A stretch of DNA of 64,000 nucleotides from Kudoa neothunni (GCA_964304625.1 OZ199838.1:7582035-7646034), one strand, 5' to 3'. Counted from the first letter of the stretch, positions 38,053 to 51,316 are shown. The notes: generated by a model from the letters alone, not told the origin. Numbers and translations: made by a program.

Positions 38053-40123
38053 CCCTCGTACACACATTGAGGGTCAAAAATGGGCCCAGCCTCTTTTATC
38101 AGCGATTTTCTTAAAATCTCTCTTACAGAATTTTAAGTAATTTTTCCTAATTTATGTTATTATTTTATCAATTTAAAATATTTACTGAAATAAAAATAAA
38201 ATTAATTTTAAACACTATTAAATCATCGCAACATTATAACTTCCGTTCCCCACATTGGGGGTCATTTTTGACCACCACTCTTTATTGGAAAATCTATGAT
38301 AATTACTCTCTTAATTCTATGTATAATACCAAATAAAACTATTAAATATTCATTTAATTTAAAGAATACATCAAATAATTTTGAAGAAGAGAAAAATCTG
38401 AGTTTTTAGTGCGTCACGTGATCACAAAGATTCAAAATCAGCTGAACTTTAGTCTGTTTTTGAGATGGAAAGAGACGAACATGAAATTATATTGGATGAC
38501 ACTGATTCTAAGTTTAGCGACTATTTAACAGACAATCCTACACCAGATTATGATGATTCGGATGATGGAGCAGAATTTGGCACTGAATTGATTGCCACGT
38601 TGACTTCGAAAGATGGAGAAAAGTAGTCTAAACATCCAACAAGATACCAACGAAGAACTGAAGCGGAAAATATTTTTAAATGCCAACCAGGTTTCAAACC
38701 GCATGGGCTAAAACGATCGGATACCCCATTCATGGCATTTTTGAACTTTCTTGATAACGAAATCCTAGATTTGATTGTTGAATGCACCATTCGTTATATA
38801 AAAAACCATGGATCAAAATTAACTATGATTATCAAAGATGATCTAATGAAATATATTGGTGGCCGCATAATGATTGGTTTAATGAAGGGTAAAAACATGG
38901 ATATTCGTGAATTCTGGTCATCAAAGTTTGGTCAACCTACAATAAATCAGTCAGTCAGTCAGTCTTAGTTAATTTATTTGAAAAAATATCTTCGTGTATG
39001 CGGTTTGATAAAAGAGAATCCAGAATACAAGATGACGAATTGACCCCCCATAAGAGAAGTTTATGAACGCTTCATTGGAAATTGTCGAAAAATTATACAC
39101 CAAATGATCAAATGATCGTTGATGAGAAACTGGTGACATTTAGAGGGAGATGTGGTTTCAAAATGTACATTCCAACTAAACTCGGACGGTATGGTGTTAA
39201 AATATGGGCTTTGTGCGACTCAAAGAATGCCTACGTGTTCAATGCAAAGATATATCTTGGAAAAGAAAATGGCGAAATACAGTTTAATTAAGGGGAAAAT
39301 GTTGTGAAAACTTTATGTGAACCGATTTTTAAATCCGGTCGAAATATCACAACAGATAATTTTTTCACTACTCTTTCCCTTGCAACATTTCTACTTAACC
39401 AAAAATTGACAATTGTAGGAGCTGTTCGAAAAAATAAAACATTTTTGATACCAGGGTTTCAAATGTCGAAAGGAAATGAAGATAATAGTCAGCTCCTGTT
39501 TCAAGATAAGGTCACACTCGTCAAATACAACCCTAAGAAAAACAGAGCGGTTGTCTTGTTGTCAACATTCCACAGAGATGCGAATATTGCTGAAGAAAGT
39601 CAAAAACCTGAAATTATATCTTACTATAATTCTAAAAATAACGGGGTTGATACTCTTGATCACGTATTAAGATATTTTTCAGTAAAAAGAAAAACACGAA
39701 GGTGGCCAATGGCTCTTTTCTATAATTTGTTAGACATCGCTGCATATAATGCCTACTTGTTGTATTGCCAGAAGAGAATTTCTGAAAATACTCGCAGACG
39801 AGCTTTTACAATCTAAAAGTCCGGAAACCGGCATTCTATCTTTAAAAGGGCCTAAAATCTTACAGAGCAACGCTAGAAAGTGGTGCTAAATCTGTATTCG
39901 TTCGAGGGGATTGAAGACATCAGCGCAATGCAAATTATGCAATAAAATGGCGTGAAAACTTCATAATAAAGTAGAAATCGTTTGCATTGAATGTTTAAAC
40001 TCAAACGATATCAATTAGAATTTTTTGAATTTTAAAACGTTTTCATATGTTGATTTTTTATTGGTGGTCCAAAATGACCTCCATTTGGGGTTAACGTAAG
40101 TTTTTTGTGCATGTGTACGAGAG
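38053..40123 (+). mobile_element. piggyBac (PGBD4-like) copy B, full-length, defective
   Basis: TTAA^CCCTCGTACACAC ... ATGTGTACGAGAG^TTAA. Same fragmented ORFs as copy A. Confidence 0.93.
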
Positions 40124-41327
40124 TTAAGTTAAGTTCAGTTCAGTCAAGCTCATATCGTAAACACGCGCATAGGGTTAAAATCAAAATTTTTCTTTTACGA
40201 TAACCAAATATCTTTGAATATTGCAACTCCACACTTTATGTTTTGGGGGGTATTGTGAAAAATCTTACGTTTTTTACAATAATTTTGTATTACAACATAA
40301 GGGATGATTACAATAAAATTAAAACTAGTACAATAAAAACTTTAATTACATAGATAATTACAAGTTAAATTAGAACTAAAAATGTTCATTTGAATTAATA
40401 AATCATCAACTCAATAAAAAGACTTTGTGCAAGCCATATTACATTATGCGAAATATTTTTATCCGATACGCTCCGACAACAAATTAAGTAAACAATTTCA
40501 AGTGGTTTTATATTGGACAACACAGATTTCCTACAATAAAAAGCTCAAAAATTAAATAAACAAAATTGCTCGGGTCAATGGACACTTTCTTTTTTTAAAC
40601 ATGCTACGAAATAATAATATGCCATGGACATTATTGGCAAAAATCTATGGAAATACTATTTCCTAAAAGATTTAACTCATGAAAAGTAATAAAGTAAATA
40701 CGTAGGAAACAAAAAGTTATGTGTTTGTTCGGCCTGTTATTTCGAATAATAGTAATAACATATTAAACTTCATATTAATCGATAAAATTTTAATATTTCG
40801 ATATTTTTATCAACTACCGAGTTTTTAATCTATCTGTGAAAGGAGTTATCACGAAAATCCAGAAAAAATAAACTAATGAGTCAGGAGTAATATTGAGCTA
40901 TCATGTCAACAGCAATGTGTGAGACCATAATATTAAGCCAAACACAGAAATAAAAAAGCTTGGAAGCCACTTTTTTAATCGCATAGTCTTACTTGATCTC
41001 AATAAAAGTCATCACTCCCAAAGCATTGGATTAAATTATCATCAAATTAATTAGCAGCTTATTTCAATCGTGTGTGTTCACAAAAATTACATAAATCGGA
41101 TTAGATGACAAAAAAATTCACAGCCGCATAACAAGGATAAGATTTAATTTATATTACTTGGAATGGGATTAAAATTTATAATAAATTAAATAACATAAAA
41201 ACGAAGAAAATTCCAACAAATACAAAATACATAACGACAAATACAGACTGCTCAAACAAGTTGTCACTATTTTAAAAAATATGTGAAACAAACACTGATA
41301 ATATAACGAATGTTGAACTATATCATA

Positions 41328-42029
41328 TCAAGCTAAAGAATTCAAACCGTCCATTTCAGCTTCGATTGTATGAAGTTCCTGTTGGACAGATTCAATTTGT
41401 TTGTTGATTTTGGACTCTGAAGCTTTGATACTGACGGCTTTACGTTGGAAGTTCTCCCGTTCCACCGAGATTCGAAGAATTTCACCATCAAGTTCTCTTA
41501 TTTTAGCAAGCATATCCTCTTCACTAAAGTCGAAATTGGATGAATGATCAGCTTCTTGAATAGTTTTATTCATTCCGTCTAATTGAACACTAATAGTGTC
41601 CCTTTTGCTTCTTAATGCATCCACTCGACTTTCAGATTTCGCAATATTGGATAGCAACACCTTTTTCTTCGATTCAAGTTGTTTAACTTGGGAGTCCAAC
41701 TCATAGATGGCTTCTTTAGAGAGTTTTGCTTCGTCGAAAAGTTCCTGGCGTTGATCATCGACATCTTGTAATTCGGAATTAGCCACAACTGCCGCATTCT
41801 TGTTCTCTTGGAGACCACCAAAACGATTTTGTACACCCTCCAATAATCTCCTTACTTTTTCCAATTCCATTTGTTTAAGTTTCAATCTGCGTTGAGCTTC
41901 TCCAAGTTCTTGAGCTAGTGCATAACTTTCCTCTCTCATTTGTTGGATTGTTTCATGAAGCTCTGTTTGTCTTCGTTCTGCGTTTTCAGTTTCTTCTTTT
42001 ATTTGAACTAATTTAGCTGCCAAACTCAT
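41328..42029 (-). CDS. Tropomyosin-like coiled-coil protein (233 aa), intronless
   Basis: Intact ORF from ATG 42029. Continuous heptad pattern, no Pro or Trp. The N-terminus MSLAAKLVQIKEETENAERR resembles tropomyosin, and the length fits short tropomyosins. Confidence 0.65.
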   Translation of the reverse strand: MSLAAKLVQIKEETENAERRQTELHETIQQMREESYALAQELGEAQRRLKLKQMELEKVRRLLEGVQNRFGGLQENKNAAVVANSELQDVDDQRQELFDEAKLSKEAIYELDSQVKQLESKKKVLLSNIAKSESRVDALRSKRDTISVQLDGMNKTIQEADHSSNFDFSEEDMLAKIRELDGEILRISVERENFQRKAVSIKASESKINKQIESVQQELHTIEAEMDGLNSLA

Positions 42030-42710
42030 CTTGAAATTGTTGGGAAACAACAACAGCAAATATCTTATCCAAAGCCGAAGTGCTTAATAGCTTTATCCGA
42101 TAGTTATCCACATACGACAGATATTAATAGTGTTAACTATGCGTGTCACGCCCATTCAATCAGTTGATAATAATTTTATTAATAATTTATGTAGAAAACG
42201 TATGTCAACGTTTTTTGGCGATTCAGTTATTTCGTTATACGTCTAATTTAATGTTTGGTGTTATAAACAAAAGAGGAGATTGTGTTAATAGCGTTGTTAA
42301 TAGTGTGATCTTGACAAAAGCACCTTATTGATACAGAGCTTTACTTTTTTTTATTTTTATAGTGCGTAATTATTAAAAATTTGTATTTTTTAAATTTGAA
42401 ATTATTTAACGGTCTAAGTGATCTCAAAATGAACTGCAGTTAAAACATTATGCCTCTGCCTCACACTGACAACAATTTAAATCTTATATTGATTGATTAG
42501 TTCACAGCCGGTTAAATGTTATTGTTTATAATTTATGATTGCCCAACCATAATAATCATGAATTAAAAATAATAAATCTATTATAAAATAAGCTAAATAA
42601 AATATACACTAATTAATCACTAACTTATGTCAGGAATATTACAGCGCATAATAACTACGCAATCTAATCGCCCTAGGATAATTTAAGTAATAGAAATTGA
42701 CACGTAGATC

Positions 42711-44883
42711 ATGGATGACCCATCAAATCCTTTTGCTGTATGGAAATTTATGGCGTTCAAGTTTTATGTGAATACAATTACAGGATCCAACCATTGTTCG
42801 TGTGAAGGCGCAACAAACAACCCAACCCAACTATGCATTTAGCTACAACGATACGGGAATACCAACCACTAATGTCCATGGTGTTAGAAAGGTATAAAAC
42901 CAATAAATTATAGTTATTGCGTTGATTTCTTACTTCTTTCTAAATAACTCCTCTTCATAAACGCTCTTTTTTAATCCTCTATTGCATTTTTGATTTGTTG
43001 GATAACTTTGTGCAAAAAGGAACAGTACAATCAACCTCCACCACCTCAACACACCCAAACAACTCAATCTGGTGCAACAGAGCACACTTATAATGATAAT
43101 GGTTAGGGTAGTTAAATTGGCAATTTATTGATGAGGTTATAGGTCCACCAAGATCAAATTTTCCACCCATACCTTCATCATGGACTTGGTGCCCTGTGAA
43201 ACCTTGTTTCTATTTCAATATAGCTGAAGAGATTCCTCCGAATCACCAACGTCTGATAAAATATCAATATTACTTTGTATTAGGTAGGTATTTATTGATA
43301 TTTTTCTGCCATATTTGATTTTATTCTCAGGTTATGTGGTTCTTACGTTCTTTAACTTTATTGGCGCTATTGTCTATCTAATTATTGGCTATCAAAGCAA
43401 AGTGATGCAATTCTTGATGGCTCTACTTGTTGCTCCACTCTTTGCCATTCTGATATTTTTCTTTCAATATTACGTTGTTTATCATGCTTGCAAGTAGGGT
43501 GGTATTTTTATAACACATTTCATTGCACAATTAGACTGGAAAGTGCGAATTATTACTTTTGGTACTTGATCAGCACAATAGCAGTCGTGATTATTCTTAT
43601 TGTGGATATTGTTGGTCCAACCGGCTCTGGGTGGTGGTATTTTTGATAGTTTCCGATTTATTCAATCTCGTGTCAGAATATTCAATCATAACTATCAACA
43701 TCTAAATTTTTATATGAAAATGATTCCTAAATTTAATAAATTAAAGGCTAATTAAATCGAATAATTTCGGCAAATTAGGTAAGTCAAAATATATTCTTCT
43801 TTCCCCATATTAGGATGGTCACTGTATCCTAATTAAGTTGTTGAGATGCATCATTAGTTCTGATCATTAGATATGTTCTGAGTTGTTCATCAAACTGTGA
43901 CTATAGTTTGATATGTGAAACTGCCTGTAACAATGGCGGTTAGGTTTACTGCACGTATTCATTAACCATGAGATGTAAAATCAGTACAAATTGATATGTG
44001 TTTGTAAAAAGTACCTGTGTACCATTTGCATCGATAAATGCGAAAAATTGGACTCTCGGGTCCGACGACTCCAATACATAAATGATGCTATGAATACACT
44101 GTTTAATCTAATTATATTTAATCTATTTAGACTTAAGGTTGCGTTCCTTATATATATATATATGTATTCACCCCAGACAAATCTAATTTATTTAGGATAT
44201 TTACATTTATGAGTGATCTATTTTTGGATGTGTCCCAATTAAAATGCATTCGTAATTATTATATATTAAACTGCACTTATTACGTATTAATTGTTCTTCA
44301 ATTTTCAATTGGGGAATTTATTTATAAGTTGATTAATAAAGTTCAAATAAATTATAAGATTTTCTAACTGTGGTGATTTCAAAATTTCAGTCGGTAACTT
44401 AAAATTATAACCTTGATTAACAATAAACTTTAAAAATCATATCTTACTCCTAAGTAGATTTTTTCTGGCAGAATTTTATAATTTAGGATTGTTTGTGTAC
44501 TGTCTCAATGTTATTTGAATTTTTTGTTGTGTTTACATCTGACATGATTGATTTAATCTATATTTGGCTATACATAAAGAAAAGATTGATTTTATTTTTA
44601 TAGTGGTTTAATTATCGTCTCACACGCATTTGATAGTGAGAAGAAATCGTATGCTTTTGGAGTTTACTGTTTGATTATCAGTTTTGGACTCTTGGCCGTT
44701 CTAGGGAAATTTTTACATACTGCTTATCGTGTATGCATGATACTCTATAGCTTGTGATAATTTGAATCACTTTAGTGCCGGCTGCTTTACATGATTGCCA
44801 AACACAGACAGCTTTCGAATGAGATTAATTCACGTCAAGGTCGTGGCTTAAATATCTCCGCCCCTATGCCTTTACCGTCGTAA
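42711..44883 (+). CDS. SCAMP: Secretory carrier-associated membrane protein, multi-exon
   Basis: MDDPSNPFA|DP (NPF motif), SNFPPIP...PVKPCFYFNIAEEIPPNHQRLIK and four hydrophobic segments. One 967-nt intron (43637-44603). Stop TAA at 44881. Confidence 0.88.
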
Positions 44884-45002
44884 TTCACTACTCAAATTTC
44901 TAATTCGTTACGTTCATACTATCTAATACTTAAATATTGATTACTTGTTTACTCATTGAAATATCGCCTCTAAAAAATTTTTTGACTCAACACTGCGTAG
45001 AG

Positions 45003-47323
45003 CAGTGGTTCTTAACCTTTTGGGAGTCGCCGAACCATTGCTACCCTATAGCACGCCTCGTCGAACCCCCAAGCGTAAAATTTTTTAAAATTTAAGTAAA
45101 ATGAATTATAATTTAATCAGTATTTGGCACATCATAAAAATTGCAAAATGTAAAAATTAAATTAATATAAAGCTAATTAGTGCGATTTTTGTTCTTGTTT
45201 TTTTGCAACCAATTCCGTAATACGAAGCGAAATGTTGGAGAGAGCAATTCGCATATCGCTTTCACAGAAAAGCTTATTTCTTAGCTTACTTTTTATGGTG
45301 ACCAATCTTGAAAATGATTGTTCGCAAAGGTAAGTTGTTACGAAAGGAATAAAAACTTTCAAAGCCTTCTTCGAAATTGTAGAATATTTCTCAATTTGAT
45401 TTATCCAAAAGATTGATGGTGAAACTTGTTCGAAAAGTTGTTTTTGAATTTTGTTGTGTTTAAGTTCGATTAGCTCATCAAGGTATTTATTATTGGCATC
45501 CTCAGCTGAATTATCGAAGCTAAATGGCCGCCTCACCCAATCGGGGAATGAATGTTTAGAAGGGAAATAGCCATCGAGTGAGTTAGAAAGTTCTTTTAAA
45601 TGTGCAGCAATTATTGCCTTTAATTCAAAAGGTAAAATGATCAATTCGTTGATATCACCGCCACTAATATTACAAATATCGTCTAAAAGTGGAAAGTTTG
45701 CATAATTGTCGACCATTATTCTTCGTTTGTATAAAGATAATTATATTTGAAATGCACTAAGATACTCCTCTGCCTCAATGATGTTGATTATACTTCCATG
45801 CATCTGCTGATTCAAACAATTTATGGAACCAAAAATATCAGCCATGTATGCCAAAAGAAGAGTAAATTCTAAATTATTGAAACATTGAGCATGGCATTGG
45901 TTACACTCCAGCAAAAATACACCTATTTCCTTTCGCAATGTAAACACGCGGTTTAATACTTTTTCTCGAGCTAGCCACCTCACATGTGAATAAAACAAAA
46001 GTATTTAAATTCGGAATCCATTTTGTTGCACAAATATTTGAAGATTCGTTGATTCAAAGCACTACGTCTCACAAAATATACACAATCGATAGCGATTTTC
46101 AACACTTCTGCCAGCCTTGGAGGCATATTCTTTGTTGCTAATGCATATCTATGTAAAATGCAACGCGTAACAATAATATGAGGTGCATCTGCTTTCACAA
46201 GATCATAAAAACTTGAGTTACGCCCCGGCATAGCTGGGGCACCATCAGTGCAAATAGAAAAAACCATATTCCATGAAAGTCCATTGCCTTTGAAAAACTC
46301 ATCGACGACTTTCTTAGCATCTAATGCTTTGGTAGTTGTTGTTAAAGGTTTGCAAAAAAGAAAATCTTCAACTATCACACCATTTTTCAAATATGTAACA
46401 AACGAAACCAGTTGACTTAGGTTTGAGATTCAGTAGTTTCGTCGAATTGTATACTAAACTTTGCTTTACTTGAAATTAGATCAGAAATTAATTGATCCAG
46501 AATGTCTTTATTCATATCATCAATTCTTTTCTTTACGGTATCATTTGACAAAGGAATTTGTGCTAATTTTTTTCTGCAGTACTTCCCAATAAAATATTTG
46601 TCACCTTCAACGCGGCAGGTTTAACGAGCATTTCACCAATATTGTGAGGTTTACCTTGTTTGCAATGATATATGAAACTTAATATGTTTCTGTTAAGATT
46701 GGCTTATCAGTATTAACAAATCCGAAATTTTGCAACGTAGTTCTTTCATCATACTTTGCTCTCTTTGCTTCAAGTTCGGAAAGAGTCATATTCCTATATG
46801 CAGAGTCTCCATGGACATTTGTGAAATGCTCCTTTAGTTTTGCTGATACCAAGCTAGAATTACTTAACTTCGAGTTGCATATCATGCAAACAGGTCGTTG
46901 AATACCATTAAGTTCCGTAACATAGGTAAACCCAAACTGTAAAAAATCATTTGACCACTTTATTTTTTTGTTAAGCATTCAACGAGCCAATATTTATTTC
47001 CAGTAACCCTCACAAAATCAGCAAGCAAATAACACTGCCGCGCAGTAAACTCTGTAACCCGTTACACGTGATTGTACTAATCAGATAAATCGAAAAGAAT
47101 TTCAAATGCTCAAATAATAATTGTAATTAAATTATCAATAATTTTTTAATTGATCACTATTATCTTTTTAATAGAGCTTCTAATTAGGATTACAAATACA
47201 ACCAATAGAAGGTTTATTTAAAATATTAAAATTATAACGAATATTAATCCTAGATTTGATCTAAAATTTGAAATTTCTTCACCGAGCCCTAGGGTTTGGT
47301 CTAACCCAGGTTAAGAACCACTG
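45003..47323 (-). mobile_element. hAT (Buster-type) full-length element, defective
   Basis: TIRs CAGTGGTTCTTAACC and GGTTAAGAACCACTG. Flanks gcgtagag / cattagag (5/8). ORF pieces 45177-46978 contain a BED finger, CTDGAPAM, VRWL and TTYLCEQSFS. Confidence 0.92.
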
Positions 47324-47559
47324 CATTAGAGAGCATCTTTTGAAGAGAATTTAGGATCATTGATTTAAAAATATTGCATAATTTAGTTCAAACCGAAAAA
47401 AATAATAAAGCATTCATTTAGCACGCAAAAAATAATTGTTATAATGGAAATAATATTATTAAAAAATTTTGGGTTTCATTTAATGTATGTAAAACAACTT
47501 ATTCGAAATAAAAATAACCATGTTTTGGAATCACTTACGAGGCATTAATTGATAGAACA

Positions 47560-48189
47560 GCGCAGTCATATCGACATTATATACTTTATCCTCCTTATAA
47601 TTTCCAAGAATTTTGTTAAGTTGAATCTCTTTTTAAAGCCACGAAACCACCCCCATAACTAACATATTTTAAATGATCATCAGAAGCACCGTTCTCATTT
47701 TTTTTGTTAATTATTTTGATGGACGATAATTCGATACAAATCGACTTCATCCAAACAAACTATTCATACACGTCGATCAGCGTCTCCATCTTTTCCTTTC
47801 CGCACATTGATCCTCGTTTAGCTAAATGCAATTGACTTTCAAATGCCTGTTCAATCTGGGCCCTTTTTCTAAAATGCCGTTTAAAGTTGAAATATAAACT
47901 ATTTTGAAGTGTTTAATAGTTCCCGCCTTTCTATTTAATGACGGGAAACTATCATAATATTTAATTATATAATATTCTCTTGAAAAGTTCTGCACTTCCG
48001 AATTCTTTTTTTGGGGCATTTAGAAATAATTACGATCTATCGGTAATTACACGATTTCAAACTTTTTATTCCATAAAATAAAAAAATCACTCTTATATTT
48101 AATTAAGAACTCATAATAAATGTTATTTGATAAATTTAAACGGAAGGATAAGGTTTTAAGGAAAGTTACGAATTAACGGTCACCTACTG
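47560..48189 (-). mobile_element. pogo/Tigger 5' fragment
   Basis: TA^CAGTAGGTGACCG terminus at 48189. Decayed ORF MPQKK...ISTLNGILEK is homologous to 53301-53621. The left boundary is approximate. Confidence 0.75.
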
Positions 48190-48319
48190 TATCTAACTCC
48201 TGTATAACACAAATTTAACTAACGTTTATCAAAAATTGGTTTCTCAATAACTTTGAATAGCGTAATATAACCTGAGAAACACCACAAATAAAATAGAAAG
48301 TAGAAAGAATAGTAAATGC

Positions 48320-48619
48320 CTATTTGTGGCCAAAATCAAATTTAGGTAGTTTTTCGATAGTTTCCATATCATACTTAGATTTGACGGCCCTTAGACGTCT
48401 CGTGTATTCCTCATAAATGGGTTTGAGATCTTCGATAGAAGCTGCAACCTCGAGAGTAATATTTTGAGATGAAAAAACTTTGAGTTTGTCACGAAAAATT
48501 TGTTGTACTATGTCGTTACTAGATTCCTTACCAGTAGAAAGTGTTCGATCAAATGACTTCCAGGCAGACGTTCCAAAAGAATTGTTACATCTCACCCATC
48601 TCATCAAAACGAGCGACAT
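48320..48619 (-). CDS. ATP5PF: Mitochondrial ATP synthase coupling factor 6 (peripheral stalk), intronless
   Basis: 99 aa with an Arg/Ser-rich presequence-like N-terminus. DIVQQIFRDKLKVF parallels DPIQKLFVDKIREY and the C-terminal LPKFDF parallels FPTFKF of F6. Confidence 0.78.
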   Translation of the reverse strand: MSLVLMRWVRCNNSFGTSAWKSFDRTLSTGKESSNDIVQQIFRDKLKVFSSQNITLEVAASIEDLKPIYEEYTRRLRAVKSKYDMETIEKLPKFDFGHK

Positions 48620-48708
48620 TTTAAAAAGTCTCGACTCTCTCCGAGATTAAATGTAGTTGAGCTACGACCATGTGATCGGACGTTTTCGTCGGGGCAGCGG
48701 TTTTTCTG

Positions 48709-49744
48709 ATGAGAGTCTTGTGTTGTCCTCCTTCGGATGCTAAATCACATTATGAAAAATGGCGCAAAGATTGCGAATATTTAAAATTAAGCGAAAGTAA
48801 TGTTATAAGTAATTTTAAATCGTTTCAGAATTGATTAAATAAAGATTTGGTTATTTGTTCCTCAGAATTCACTGCCATTCAGTGTAATGAATCTTTTCGT
48901 ATCACTAGAGTATAGATGGATTTTATTATTTGTCTAATTGGTGCAGTGTATAGAAGAGTTATTTGCTCAGGGCCATAATTCAAATCCTTGCGCTACGTTT
49001 CTTGTCATTACCCCATTTAATGAATCTCTCATGTGGAGAAATATTGCGAAATACATAGTGATAATTTGTATTTTAGTCAAAAATTTTATCTGATATTTAG
49101 AATACGTTCGAAAATACCGATCAATTTTTTAAAATAATTACATGCTCAAGTTCCAAGGCCATGTCGAATATTATATGGAAATTGGAAATCCTCATCAGGA
49201 ATAGGGTTTTTATTATTGAAAATTGGATGGTTAATTATATTTAGATTGATGAATTTTTAAATAATCTCCGAGTTGTTTTTATTAGAGGTTTGAACGTAAT
49301 TGCGATGGACAGTATAATAATTATTGACAATTTCCAACATATTTGAATCCGTTATTATTAAATGTTTTTATGCTTAAATTAAAAAAAATTTCTAACGAAA
49401 TTTTCTATAAAAACTTTATTTAATGTGTAGGTCCCATTTTTTTGCCTTATTTACTTATTTTAATAGGAGATAAAGATTCTATCTGTATTACTGACACTGT
49501 CTTACAGCTTAAGCAATTCGCTGTTAAATTCAATGTCATAGTGGTGGTATCTTCCAAAGTTGCCTCAAGATTTATGTTGTTAATTTAGGTTATCAAGGAA
49601 CAAGATGAGGGAAATTATAAACATGCTGGCTATTTATGCTCATTCAATAAAGAATGCGATATTTACATTGACAATATAATTCAAGAAAGATTAGATGGCA
49701 CGAATAACGTCATTTATCATTTACTACACTCAAATAAGAAATAG
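48709..49744 (+). CDS. Hypothetical multi-exon protein with weak RecA/RAD51-paralog-like segments
   Basis: Short open exons separated by GT-AG micro-introns. Segments GLNVIAMDSI (Walker-B-like) and TVLQLKQFAVKFNVIVV|VI. No Walker A seen. The exon chain is only partly resolved. Confidence 0.45.
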
Positions 49745-50349
49745 AATTTATTTTCTATATATCATGATCAAACTTTATTTTATATCCTCTACCTCTATTT
49801 GGGGCACATGAAGAGGAATCATTTTTATATACAAATTTACTCTGACAAATTATTCTCATTTTTTGTTTCTTTTGTGGGATTACATTCATAATTTTCGTTC
49901 GTTTCACTAAACAAACTTAGATTAACATAAACACATTAAAATTGTAAGAATCACATGAGTGTTATTAATTAATTTAATAGTTCATAACTTATAAATTTAT
50001 ACGAAATTCGTCATACGATTAATATTACAAAAGAGAAGTTTCTTGTTCAATTAGGTCCAATTAAATATTTGTTGAATAAAAGTGTTATTGATTTACAGTC
50101 AAATTTTATATTTGATTGAAACATTTAATCTAGCATTTAGCTTCATGTATAACAAAAAGTTTAAGGCTAAACTTGGTATCTATTTTTGTGTTAAAATAAT
50201 CATCCATAAATATAATAAAAAGCTGATCTCAGAATTTGAATTTTTTAATAATATTTTCCTATTTTTACTGTATACAAAACTTAATTTAGGTTTGTAACAA
50301 CTTTTCTAAAGTCATTAAATTAATTTTAGAATAATTTACATTCAATTGT

Positions 50350-51316
50350 TGTAAAATGTTACATTTATACCTGACGCTGGATCTTAAATCACACAATCTT
50401 TGAAAGTATTCTGCGGAATGTTCCACTCGTAAAGTTACACCTTAAATATTTCGTTTGGAATGTTTTTAGTGCAAAAATACCCATGAGTTTAGTGAAATCT
50501 TTGAATGTAATGGACTTTTGGCAAGAAGCTGGATTGTTATAGGTAATTAGAACTCCATACGATGCTACGTTGGTTGGAAGTCGCTCCGATTGATCGAGAA
50601 ATCTAATATTCACTATCTTTCCAAATTCAATAAAATTCTCCTTAAAAATTAATATGTTTATCGGATCTACTTCACATTATACTTTAAGTTCACGGTGTGA
50701 AACATCCTTGGAAATATTGGTGACTACCACCGAATTATTAAAGTTGTCTACATCTATACAATTTTTCCCAGGCGATAACTCATTGTTTTCATTTTTCAAC
50801 GATGTATACTTTCCAAAAAATTGAGAATACTAAACGTTTAAAAAACTATCGGTTACTCAATTTATCCAAACTTACTGTTTTCTCTTTTCTCAAACTTGAT
50901 GATACCAAATGAACACTTGGGCAAATTGAACTCGAGTTTCCTGACCTTAATTGATTGCAAACGCATTCATTATCTAATGTCAACGAAGATATTATATTTT
51001 GAATCGATTCCAAGCTTTTCTTCAAACTGTCTAATTGTGTTTGAAAATTCTCCATCATTTTTTCCACATATTTCGTGAAATATTTATCGTGACCTTCACA
51101 ATCGTTTAGCGTTTCATTTTTACTCTTTGTTGGTAAATGCTTATCGATCTCTAAAGTCCCCAACAGAATGAATGGGAACCGCGGTTGAAGTATAGAAATA
51201 GAAAATCTTACCCATTTTCTCCCCGAATTTGAAATCCGTCGTTCTATTTTTATTTAAAGCCGATTATAAGTTTTTATATACCTTGTTTCTTTGAAAAACC
51301 TGTCCTTGGAATTCAT
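50350..51316 (-). CDS. RRM-domain protein with an N-terminal coiled coil, multi-exon
   Basis: ATG 51316. SVVVTNISKDVSHRELK|ENFIEFGKIVNIRF...LITYNNPASCQKSI...LM|GVTLRVE follows the RRM pattern. The 3' end is uncertain. Confidence 0.65.
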
